Source of the DNA: an uncultured Planctomycetaceae bacterium
Lineage (GTDB): Bacteria > Planctomycetota > Planctomycetia > Pirellulales > PALSA-1355
Length of the DNA stretch: 64,000 bases
NCBI GenBank assembly: GCA_963785305.1
Contig: CAWAUV010000007.1
Coordinates: 1,600,001-1,664,000 of the forward strand
Reading direction: 5' to 3'
Position 1 is the first letter of the stretch. Each line of letters starts with the position of its first letter. The notes beneath the pieces are model-generated. The model saw only the letters and a program-made list of their open reading frames with translations, had not been told where the DNA came from and ran no database searches. Below are positions 22,641 to 32,241 of this stretch, piece by piece. A program made the translations under genes and the position numbers.

Positions 22641-23066
22641 ATGAAATACTTCATTCTTTCGCCCGAAGTGGCTGCAATGGGTTTGGGGGTCAACACGATT
22701 ATGGACCGTACAGTTCATCCTCCCATCGTGTCCTACCTGCACTATGACTTTGATGTGTGGCTCGGCGACGACTTGTTGGAGGGTTTCCCGTGCTTCATCG
22801 CCACAGATCGTCTTGCTGAGGCGATTCAGAACGCTGGCTTGTCCGGCACTGAATTTCGCCCAGTTGCAGTAAGCACGTCGGAGCAGTTCAAGGACATGTA
22901 CGGGGAGCGAGAATTGCCGCCATTCGTCTGGCTTTATCCAAGCGGACGATCAGGAGTTGATGATTTCGGAGTCGATGCAACTGGTCGTCTTGTAGTTTCC
23001 GAAAATGCTCTGGCATTGCTGCGAACAATGAAAATCGACCACTGTGATGTCTCGGAACTTGTTTAG
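22641..23066 (+). CDS. Immunity protein for the HNH-like toxin
   Basis: Follows the toxin stop after a GGAGG RBS; WLGDDLLEGFPCFIAT. Confidence 0.72.
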   Translation: MKYFILSPEVAAMGLGVNTIMDRTVHPPIVSYLHYDFDVWLGDDLLEGFPCFIATDRLAEAIQNAGLSGTEFRPVAVSTSEQFKDMYGERELPPFVWLYPSGRSGVDDFGVDATGRLVVSENALALLRTMKIDHCDVSELV

Positions 23067-23268
23067 GCCGTGTGCCAAGACACAATGACATCGGATAAGA
23101 AAAGCAACAGCCCATCAGCATATAGGGCGTGGCCTCCAGGGGTGTCATCAGAACTTTTTGCTTCGGAGTTGTTCGATTCCCAATTCTGCAACACCGCCCG
23201 TCCCAACGCCGACTTCCCGTCAGATTCTCGTCGGGTTGATGTCCACGGAACAATCCAAAGGGGTCAGG

Positions 23269-25204
23269 GTGCGCCGGCGCGAAGCCGGAGGAGAGTAGCG
23301 AATGAAAGAGTCGCACGAGGCAAGGCCTAGCCAGCCACCTCGGCCTCGAGTGATGCGTCGTGTCGGGCAACTGGCAGGGCGAAGCGTTCACAGAGGCACG
23401 GCCGGGCGGTGTATCGAGCTCCGAAAACATTCTTTTGTGGCGGCCGACCTTGTCCTGACCCCGTCGCTCGATTCATGCGGGAAGGCAACAGTGATGTCGA
23501 ACGATCATGGCGAGTCCGACGTCTCCCCCACGGAGTCCGGGACCACCCGCACGGCCGGAAACTTTTCTCGCGGAAGCCGGGAGATCCCGGGAACATCCGC
23601 TTCGCTTGAAGCGGATCGGTCGGAGAAGGCGCGAGGCCACAAGTCCGACATGCACGTTCCCGGGGAGTCAGACAGTTCCATAGTACCAAAGAAGCAGGCG
23701 AACAACGACAGCGTGCCGCTGTCGGCGGAGCCCGTGGAGGGAAGGGAACTGACCGAGGAGAACGCCGAGCAGTCGCTACTGGACCGGACACAGCGCCGGG
23801 CTCCCAGGTCGCGCGGACTGCTGGGCGTGCGAGAAGCGGCACAACGCGACAAGAAGATGCGGTTCAACAATCTGCTGAACCATGTCACGCCCGAACTGCT
23901 GGTGGCGAGTTTCTTCGACCTGAAGAAGCAAGCCGCGCCCGGCGTCGATGGCCTGACATGGGCTCAATACGCCACCGATTTCGAAACGCGGATCGACGAT
24001 CCGCACAGTCGAATCCATCGGGGAGCCTATCGAGCCAGGCCGTCCAAGCGAACTTGGATTCCCAAGCTCGACGGCAAGCCGCGGCCCCTCGGGATCGCGG
24101 CGCTGGAGGACAAGATCGTCCAGCAAGCCGTACGGACGATCCTGGAGTGCATCTACGAAGAGGACTTTCTGGGTTTCAGTTACGGCTTTCGTCCTGGACG
24201 AAGCTGTCACCGAGCCTTGGACGCGCTCTACGTGGGCATCAAGAAGCGGAAAGTGAACTGGATTTTGGATGCGGACATCCGCGGCTTCTTCGACAACATC
24301 GACCACGCATGGTTGATGAAGTTCCTGGAGCATCGGATCGCCGACCGACGACTGCTTCGGCTGCTGAAGAAATGGCTTCGAGCCGGAGTGTCGGAAGATG
24401 GCGAATGGTCCCCGAGCACCGTGGGAACACCTCAAGGAGCGGTGATTTCGCCGCTCTATTCGAACGTGTTCTTGCACTATGTTCTGGACCTGTGGCTGGT
24501 GGCGTGGCGGAAACGCCATGCCGTGGGCGAGGTCATCATCGTGCGCTATGCGGACGATTTCGTAGTCGGATTCCGCGAGGAGTCCGACGCGCGACGCTGC
24601 CTGGCGGCGCTCCGGGAACGCTTCACCAAATTCGGTTTGGAACTGCACCCGGAGAAGACGCGGCTGATCGAGTTCGGACGCTATGCGGCCGAACGACGAT
24701 CGAAGCGTGGCGATGGCCCACCGGAGACATTCGACTTCCTGGGCTTCACCCACATCAGTGGCGTGACCCGGAAGGGCGAATTCACCATTCGCCGCATCTC
24801 ATCGGCCAAGAAGTTTCGTGGCAAACTGCGCGAACTGAAAGAAGCGCTGCGCGGGAAAATGCACATGGACTTGGCGCAAGTCGGGCCATGGCTATCGAGC
24901 GTTTACCGGGGATGGCTCAATTACCATGCGATTCCCGGCAACTCGGTGCGATTGCAACAATTCCGCACGGCGCTCCAGAAACTCTGGCTCCGCATGCTGC
25001 GGCGACGCAGCCAACGCGGACGCCGGATGACCTGGCGGAAGTTCTCGCAGCTTTGCAAACGATGGCTTCCCACCCCGAAAATCCTGCATCCTTATCCCGA
25101 AGTGCGGTTTGATCGTTTGTATCCAAGGTAGGAGCCGTATGCGGTAGTTCCGCACGTACGGATCTGTGCGGGGGGTGGCCCGAAAGGGCCATCCCTACCG
25201 CGAT
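23269..25204 (+). mobile_element. Group II intron copy 2 (intact)
   Basis: GTGCG...CGCGAT ends; inserted in GGGGTCAGG^ACTCATTG. Confidence 0.94.
23302..25131 (+). CDS. ltrA: Group II intron RT/maturase; true start probably downstream (~23650 or ~23827)
   Basis: Complete RT with YADD and X/maturase domain. Confidence 0.92.
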   Translation: MKESHEARPSQPPRPRVMRRVGQLAGRSVHRGTAGRCIELRKHSFVAADLVLTPSLDSCGKATVMSNDHGESDVSPTESGTTRTAGNFSRGSREIPGTSASLEADRSEKARGHKSDMHVPGESDSSIVPKKQANNDSVPLSAEPVEGRELTEENAEQSLLDRTQRRAPRSRGLLGVREAAQRDKKMRFNNLLNHVTPELLVASFFDLKKQAAPGVDGLTWAQYATDFETRIDDPHSRIHRGAYRARPSKRTWIPKLDGKPRPLGIAALEDKIVQQAVRTILECIYEEDFLGFSYGFRPGRSCHRALDALYVGIKKRKVNWILDADIRGFFDNIDHAWLMKFLEHRIADRRLLRLLKKWLRAGVSEDGEWSPSTVGTPQGAVISPLYSNVFLHYVLDLWLVAWRKRHAVGEVIIVRYADDFVVGFREESDARRCLAALRERFTKFGLELHPEKTRLIEFGRYAAERRSKRGDGPPETFDFLGFTHISGVTRKGEFTIRRISSAKKFRGKLRELKEALRGKMHMDLAQVGPWLSSVYRGWLNYHAIPGNSVRLQQFRTALQKLWLRMLRRRSQRGRRMTWRKFSQLCKRWLPTPKILHPYPEVRFDRLYPR

Positions 25205-25359
25205 ACTCATTGATTTAACTGATAACCGGTGTTTGACTCGCGAGCAGACAGCGTTTTATCTTCGACGACCCGGCGGACAGCGGCTCCGCTGGCGGACGCC
25301 AAGCCGTGTTCCAGTTCCAAACCACCGGCGATGGCGCGAGCGCTCCGCGCCCAGCGCGG

Positions 25360-28300
25360 CGAATCTCACCGATCGCTATCTCTGGGGACCGGCGGTCGAT
25401 CAGCTTTTGGCCGACGAGCAAGTCACCGACCCGAGCACGCCCGGCAACATCTTGTGGACACTCGACGACGGCCAAAACACGGTCCGCGACACGGTCGATT
25501 CAAGCGGCGCGATTCAAGACCACATCACTACAACGCCTTCGGCCAACCGGTCAGCCACACGGCCCTCGATCCCGCGGCGGTCGACGTCGCCTTCGGCTAC
25601 GACGGCCTGTTCACCGACGCCACCACCGGCGACGACTTCGCCGTGAATCGGGTGTACGATCCATCGAGCGGGACCTGGAACACGCCGGATCCGGCGCAAG
25701 CGGATGTCAACACCTACCGCGCGTTCGGCAACAGCCCGACGAACGAGGTCGATCCCGAAGGGTTGGAACCCTACGCGAACGCTCCGAGTCGCGAGGAGCG
25801 GTTCAACGCGGAATGGGAACGAATCGGGCGCGAGTATTTATCGATCCTCACGCCGGGCGAATTCGGCGAGCAGCAAGCGAAGGAACTGACCGACTACATT
25901 AATCAATCGCTTGATTTCGAGGCAAAATTCACCACTTGGTTCAATTCGCTGCCGCCCGCGGAACGATACAGCACTGATCCGTCACCGAGCGTGCTTAGCC
26001 CTTAAACAAGCGTACGCGGTTGCGTTTTGCGGCGGTTTCGCGTGGCCGGCGGTGTGCGCGGCGTGAGCGGGCGGCGCCGGCGGGCGAGCTACTCTCGGCG
26101 GCGGGTTTTTGTTTGGCATTGGCGGTTGGCTTTCCTGGTTCGGCGTGGCGGCGGACCGGAGCGTCCGGACTCCGGCTTCAATTGATCGGCGTCAACATCG
26201 CAGGCCGTCCAGCCAGCGAAACAACACGACTTGCCAGCGATTCCAACCCAACAAACGATAGATCAATCTTCGCCCGCCACGCACGATTTGACATGGCATC
26301 CGAATGAAAGCGTTGCGGAATGTCTTGAACTCCATCTTGAGCACCGTCTTCTTTTCCTCGCGCCGCGCTTCTTGTTCGCGGCCCGGCGGCTCGGGCAAGA
26401 GCAAGGCCCACCACGCCTTCAGGTTCCAGGCCAGCGAGACCATCACCATGTAGGCCCAGTTGCTCACCAAGTTGTCGACCGGCGCGTGCAAGGCGCGCAC
26501 CGCGCCTTTAAGCTGCGCGTTCAGGTTCTCTTGATCGCAGCGGTCGTTCGCCTCGAACACCACTTCGGCCGGCGTGAGCTCGCGATCGTTCGTCAAGTAG
26601 AAGAAGTAGCGATAGCTGGAAAACAGCGTCCGCTGACCTTGGTGCTCGTCGATCCACTTGCGCACCACCACCAGGCGGTACACCTTCTTGCACGCCGTGG
26701 GTCGATAATCGAACTCGGCGACCTCTTCGCCCACCAGCCGCAGGTTCTTGAATCCCCGCTCGCGCACGATGCCTTCCTTAACATTGGTCGGCCGTGCGCG
26801 GCGTTTGGTCTTCACGGCGTAACGCGGCGCGCGCTCGAGCGGTTGCCAGGCCTTGTCCTTCAAGTCGTCGGCCAAAAGCTGCAATTTCAGCTTGGCGTCC
26901 ATGCCGAACACGAATCGCACGCGCGGGTCGTCCGTCCAGCGGTCCAGATGCGTCGTCTGCGAGAAGTCGGTGTCGCCGCGGAGCAACACCTTGCGAAAGC
27001 CGCCGGCGAAGCAGACTTCCAGCGCGCGATCGACTTCGGCCGCCGCCCCTTCGTGGCTGGGCCGGTTGCCCGAGCGGTTGACGATCGAGAACACTTCGCC
27101 CGTGTTGGCCAGCGACACGACCAGCGGATGATAGCCCCACTCGCCCTTGTGGGAGATGTCCATGCCCTCCTTGCACTGGCCGCCGGTGGGCGCGAACACG
27201 CCGTCCATGTCGATGCGGGCTTGGGCGAAGAACTCGGCGGGCTGGCGGGCCCAAGCTTTATGTCGTGTTTCGTGGAAAGCTTCTTGCAGCGCGCGCACGT
27301 CGCTCGGCTTGAAACGTCGGCAGAAGTCGCCCGCCGTGGTCGGATCGGGCACGCGCCGGGCGCCGAGCGCGTCGAGATAGACTTCGTCGTTGCGGCGCAG
27401 TTCGAGGTCTTCCAAGCAATCGCCGTCGCACAAGGCGTTGAACGCTAGGTTGAGCACATGATCGCTCTCATGATATGGCAGATGCACCTTGAGCAGATGC
27501 AATCGCCGATCGATCGCTTCGGCCAGCCCCAGTTCTTGGACCAGCAACCGCATCGCGCCCAAGCCGCCATAAGCCATGCCTTGCGCCGCGCTCCGCAAGC
27601 TCATACTTGATATTGCCGGGCCGCATGATCGGGCGCTCGCAACCCTCGCAGTTGTGCTTGTCGATGCGCCGCTCGACCCGCCGCTTGCATGCGGCGAGAC
27701 GTCGGCGTATCTTGGCCCGTGTTCTTCGGCCCTTGGCCTGCGCCCTCTGACGCTTGGCCCGCGCTCTTTGGTTCTTGGCTTTCACTCGAAATCCCTCGGT
27801 GGCCGTGGTGTTCGTGACTGGCAAAAAACACAGAATACCGCAAATCCGCCGAGGGATTTCGCTTTTTCCAAAAACCTCCCCGCCCACGCCCTCAAAGGGA
27901 TACTGGTTTAAGGCTTAGCTTGGCGCCGACCGCGCCGGCGTTTTTGCAAGGCGCGATGAAGAAGGCGGCGGATTACAAGGCGTTTTTGAGCACTCAGCCC
28001 TCGATCGTCGCGGTTTCGCCCGATGAGGCCGGCGCCGGCTTCGTTCGGGCCTATGAAAACAATCCGAATACGGTGTATGTTAAAGGCGGGAATGCAGCGG
28101 CGGAGTATGGAAAATCGATCGCGCGGATGGGGATGCGTCGCGACGCGAACGTGTTGGCATCGCAAGGCGCGGTTGTCGGCACGATGGCGTTGATGCTCGA
28201 CCCCACCCGATCAGGCCGCGGCAACCTTGACGACGCGCTGATAATGGCATCGGGCTTCGCGAAAGGCACGATCCCCGCCTTTGATCCGCTCGTCGGCCCG

Positions 28301-28738
28301 GAGACACCAAATAAACTCGCCAGCCCAGGTGTAAACGCGGCGGAGGGGAATGCTCCAATTAATGTCCAAGGGACCGTCGTTCGATACGGACCACACGTCG
28401 AAGGTCCGTTACCAGCAAACGTTGCGAACACATTCCGAGGCGGCAGTTACTCGCAGATTACGACTCAAGGCGAAACGACGCTCTACCGTGTTTACGGTGG
28501 AAAATCACCCGAGATAGGGTCTTGGTGGTCAACAACGAAACCGAATGGTCCATTGCAATCGCAAATGGATTTGGCGCTCGACCCGGCTTGGGGAAACACT
28601 GCAACGAAGGTTGTTGAAATCAGAGTTCCGAAGGGCACGGTAATATACGAGGGAGCAGCCGCACCCCAAGCTCATTTGCCTGGCGGCGGCGTCCAGGTAT
28701 ACATTCCAAAGGTCAATTCAGGATGGGTGGTGAAATAA
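25360..28738 (+). pseudogene. Orphan Rhs module interrupted by IS1380; CT tip is ART/NADase(TNT/Tne2)-like
   Basis: 25229..26005 and 27920..28738 rejoin when the IS is removed; LYRVYGG...GSWW...LALDPAWGN...YEGAAAPQ...GGGVQVYI. Confidence 0.72.
26000..27913 (-). mobile_element. IS1380-family element copy 1 (transposase 26192..~27787, frameshift ~27587)
   Basis: IRs CCTTAAAC / GTTTAAGG; 6-bp TSD CTTAGC; IDMDG, GYHPL and LRGDTDF motifs. Confidence 0.9.
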
Positions 28739-29091
28739 TGACTCTCAACGAGATAGCTGACACGATACGACGATGGTTCGCCGTCGCAGAAATGGGCGGC
28801 CTTGTACTACCAAACGGTTGGTTTGGACGGCCATACGATAGTTTCTATCCTTTGGTGAAAATCGAAATAGTGGGTGGTGCAGTAGTCGTGGCATTAGCAG
28901 ACGAGCGTCGTCTTGTATTTGATGATCCGAAGAATGCTATGCTCGATAATTCTGCACTCGTTATTGGTGGATTTAGGGATGTCGAATTTACATGGCGTGA
29001 AATTGGTGGGACACAGTGTCAAGTTGAGCACTACGATCATGGAGCAGTACGATTCGTTCCACCCGTAGGCACCACAGTTCCTTCGCTTTGA
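28738..29091 (+). CDS. Immunity protein
   Basis: TAATG stop/start overlap with the toxin; MTLNEIADTIRRWF...LPNGWFGRPYD. Confidence 0.72.
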   Translation: MTLNEIADTIRRWFAVAEMGGLVLPNGWFGRPYDSFYPLVKIEIVGGAVVVALADERRLVFDDPKNAMLDNSALVIGGFRDVEFTWREIGGTQCQVEHYDHGAVRFVPPVGTTVPSL

Positions 29092-29130
29092 TCGACTTGT
29101 TTTGCTCTTGCTACGCAAACGATTGCAGTA

Positions 29131-29193
29131 ATGACGACAACAGAAATAGCAGGCATCGTGCGCCGCTGGTTCGATCAGGCTGGACAAGCCGAT
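29131..29193 (+). pseudogene. Truncated paralog of the preceding immunity gene (MTTTEIAGIVRRWFDQAG), cut at motif A
   Basis: Aligns to MTLNEIADTIRRWFAVAE; same TAATG start context. Confidence 0.65.
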
Positions 29194-29233
29194 GAACAAT
29201 CCAAAGGGGTCAGAACAATCCAAAGGGGTCAGG

Positions 29234-29880
29234 GTGCGCCGGCGCGAAGCCGGAGGAGAGTAGCGAATGAAAGAGTCGCACGAGGCAAGGCCTAGCCAGC
29301 CACCTCGGCCTCGAGTGATGCGTCGTGTCGGGCAACTGGCAGGGCGAAGCGTTCACAGAGGCACGGCCGGGCGGTGTATCGAGCTCCGAAAACATTCTTT
29401 TGTGGCGGCCGACCTTGTCCTGACCCCGTCGCTCGATACATGCGCGAAGGCAACAGTGATGTCGAACGATCATGGCGAGTCCGACGTCTCCCCCACGGAG
29501 TCCGGGACCACCCGCACGGCCGGAAACTTTTCTCGCGGAAGCCGGGAGATCCCGGGAACATCCGCTTCGCCTGAAGCGGATCGGTCGGAGAAGGCGCGAG
29601 GCCACAAGTCCGACATGCACGTTCCCGGGGAGTCAGACAGTTCCATAGTACCAAAGAAGCAGGCGAACAACGACAGCGTGCCGCTGTCGGCGGAGCCCGT
29701 GGAGGGAAGGGAGCTGACCGAGGAGAACGCCGAGCAGTCGCTACTGGACCGGACACACGCCGGGCTCCCAGGTCGCGCGGACTGCTGGGCGTGCGAGAAG
29801 CGGCACAACGCGACAAGAAGATGCGGTTCAACAATCTGCTGAACCATGTCACGCCCGAACTGCTGGTGGCGAGTTTCTTC
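29234..29880 (+). mobile_element. Group II intron copy 3, 5' fragment only
   Basis: Matches the intron 5' region and stops at ...GAGTTTCTTC, where motif A begins. Confidence 0.9.
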
Positions 29881-29901
29881 GAACAATCCAAAGGGGTCAG
29901 G

Positions 29902-31836
29902 GTGCGCGGCGCGAAGCCGGAGGAGAGTCGCGAATGAAAGAGTCGCACGAGGGAAGGCCTAGCCAGCCACCTCGGCCTCGAGTGATGCGTCGTGTCGGGC
30001 AACTGGCAGGGCGAAGCGTTCACAGAGGCACGGCCGGGCGGTGTATCGAGCTCCGAAAACATTCTTTTGTGGCGGCCGACCTTGTCCTGACCCCGTCGCT
30101 CGATTCATGCGGGAAGGCAACAGTGATGTCGAACGATCATGGCGAGTCCGACGTCTCCCCCACGGAGTCCGGGACCACCCGCACGGCCGGAAACTTTTCT
30201 CGCGGAAGCCGGGAGATCCCGGGAACATCCGCTTCGCTTGAAGCGGATCGGTCGGAGAAGGCGCGAGGCCACAAGTCCGACATGCACGTTCCCGGGGAGT
30301 CAGACAGTTCCATAGTACCAAAGAAGCAGGCGAACAACGACAGCGTGCCGCTGTCGGCGGAGCCCGTGGAGGGAAGGGAGCTGACCGAGGAGAACGCCGA
30401 GCAGTCGCTACTGGACCGGACACAGCGCCGGGCTCCCAGGTCGCGCGGACTGCTGGGCGTGCGAGAAGCGGCACAACGCGACAAGAAGATGCGGTTCAAC
30501 AATCTGCTGAACCATGTCACGCCCGAACTGCTGGTGGCGAGTTTCTTCGACCTGAAGAAGCAAGCCGCGCCCGGCGTCGATGGCCTGACATGGGCTCAAT
30601 ACGCCACCGATTTCGAAACGCGGATCGACGATCCGCACAGTCGAATCCATCGGGGAGCCTATCGAGCCAGGCCGTCCAAGCGAACTTGGATTCCCAAGCT
30701 CGACGGCAAGCCGCGGCCCCTCGGGATCGCGGCGCTGGAGGACAAGATCGTCCAGCAAGCCGTACGGACGATCCTGGAGTGCATCTACGAAGAGGACTTT
30801 CTGGGTTTCAGTTACGGCTTTCGTCCTGGACGAAGCTGTCACCGAGCCTTGGACGCGCTCTACGTGGGCATCAAGAAGCGGAAAGTGAACTGGATTTTGG
30901 ATGCGGACATCCGCGGCTTCTTCGACAACATCGACCACGCATGGTTGATGAAGTTCCTGGAGCATCGGATCGCCGACCGACGACTGCTTCGGCTGCTGAA
31001 GAAATGGCTTCGAGCCGGAGTGTCGGAAGATGGCGAATGGTCCCCGAGCACCGTGGGAACACCTCAAGGAGCGGTGATTTCGCCGCTCTATTCGAACGTG
31101 TTCTTGCACTATGTTCTGGACCTGTGGCTGGTGGCGTGGCGGAAACGCCATGCCGTGGGCGAGGTCATCATCGTGCGCTATGCGGATGATTTCGTAGTCG
31201 GATTCCGCGAGGAGTCCGACGCGCGACGCTGCCTGGCGGCGCTCCGGGAACGCTTCACCAAATTCGGTTTGGAACTGCACCCGGAGAAGACGCGGCTGAT
31301 CGAGTTCGGACGCTATGCGGCCGAACGACGATCGAAGCGTGGCGATGGCCCACCGGAGACATTCGACTTCCTGGGCTTCACCCACATCAGTGGCGTGACC
31401 CGGAAGGGCGAATTCACCATTCGCCGCATCTCATCGGCCAAGAAGTTTCGTGGCAAACTGCGCGAACTGAAAGAAGCGCTACGCGGGAAAATGCACATGG
31501 ACTTGGCGCAAGTCGGGCCATGGCTATCGAGCGTTTACCGGGGATGGCTCAATTACCATGCGATTCCCGGCAACTCGGTGCGATTGCAACAATTCCGCAC
31601 GGCGCTCCAGAAACTCTGGCTCCGCATGCTGCGGCGACGCAGCCAACGCGGACGCCGGATGACCTGGCGGAAGTTCTCGCAGCTTTGCAAACGATGGCTT
31701 CCCACCCCGAAAATCCTGCATCCTTATCCCGAAGTGCGGTTTGATCGTTTGTATCCAAGGTAGGAGCCGTATGCGGTAGTTCCGCACGTACGGATCTGTG
31801 CGGGGGGTGGCCCGAAAGGGCCATCCCTACCGCGAT
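29902..31836 (+). mobile_element. Group II intron copy 4
   Basis: GTGCG...CGCGAT; 3' exon ACTCATTGTTTGG. Confidence 0.93.
29934..31763 (+). CDS. ltrA: Group II intron RT/maturase (intact)
   Basis: YADD RT, essentially identical to copy 2. Confidence 0.92.
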   Translation: MKESHEGRPSQPPRPRVMRRVGQLAGRSVHRGTAGRCIELRKHSFVAADLVLTPSLDSCGKATVMSNDHGESDVSPTESGTTRTAGNFSRGSREIPGTSASLEADRSEKARGHKSDMHVPGESDSSIVPKKQANNDSVPLSAEPVEGRELTEENAEQSLLDRTQRRAPRSRGLLGVREAAQRDKKMRFNNLLNHVTPELLVASFFDLKKQAAPGVDGLTWAQYATDFETRIDDPHSRIHRGAYRARPSKRTWIPKLDGKPRPLGIAALEDKIVQQAVRTILECIYEEDFLGFSYGFRPGRSCHRALDALYVGIKKRKVNWILDADIRGFFDNIDHAWLMKFLEHRIADRRLLRLLKKWLRAGVSEDGEWSPSTVGTPQGAVISPLYSNVFLHYVLDLWLVAWRKRHAVGEVIIVRYADDFVVGFREESDARRCLAALRERFTKFGLELHPEKTRLIEFGRYAAERRSKRGDGPPETFDFLGFTHISGVTRKGEFTIRRISSAKKFRGKLRELKEALRGKMHMDLAQVGPWLSSVYRGWLNYHAIPGNSVRLQQFRTALQKLWLRMLRRRSQRGRRMTWRKFSQLCKRWLPTPKILHPYPEVRFDRLYPR

Positions 31837-32200
31837 ACTCATTGTTTGGCGGATGGTCGAGAGCCGTAACGGAAAAATGGACTTGCGGGCGACCGGGAGG
31901 CCGCGGGGTCGAGTTCAGCCGCGGGCGATTTGCCGTTGCTACGGTCCAAGTGGGCTCGCCGAAAGGAGAACCCTCGCCGCGCGGGGCGCCATCGCGAGCT
32001 CCCGTTCCGTCGACGGCGCCGGCGGCTGGGCATCAGGATAAGCAAACAACTCGACCGAATGAATCGCGAGCTCCGCACCCAGCACGCGCTCGAAGGTTTC
32101 GTAAGACGTGTCATTGCGGAATATCTCGGCCCGGGCATTCGTTTGATTCAGGGCATGATAGACGCCGCCAGCTTCGTCGGCTCGTTGGTGGTCGTGGCAT
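31837..32200 (-). pseudogene. Internally deleted Y1/HUH tyrosine transposase (RAYT / IS200-like TnpA) remnant
   Basis: N-term MPRP.QRADEAGGVYHALNQTNARAEIF...YETFERVL...VELFAY/LMPS; C-term TERELA.../GSPFGEPTW...LNSTPRPPGRP...NNES*. The stop codon lies inside motif A once the intron is removed. HUH/Tyr core is missing. Confidence 0.78.
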
Positions 32201-32241
32201 GTCCGCCGGTCCGCCAACAACCGTCACCGAAATCACTGACT

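Noticed and set aside
23302..23650. N-terminal extension of the 609-aa RT ORF as a new domain
   Set aside because: It overlaps structured intron RNA domains I-III and is most likely read-through of non-coding RNA.
23302..25131. RT as a DGR or retron diversifying the toxins
   Set aside because: It has full group II intron RNA ends (GTGCG, domains V and VI) and a maturase domain. No TR/VR pair with A-specific mismatches was seen.
29234..31836. Twintron (intron nested in an intron)
   Set aside because: The rest of copy 3 does not resume after copy 4, and copy 4 brings 21 nt of its own 5' exon, so this is a DNA rearrangement.
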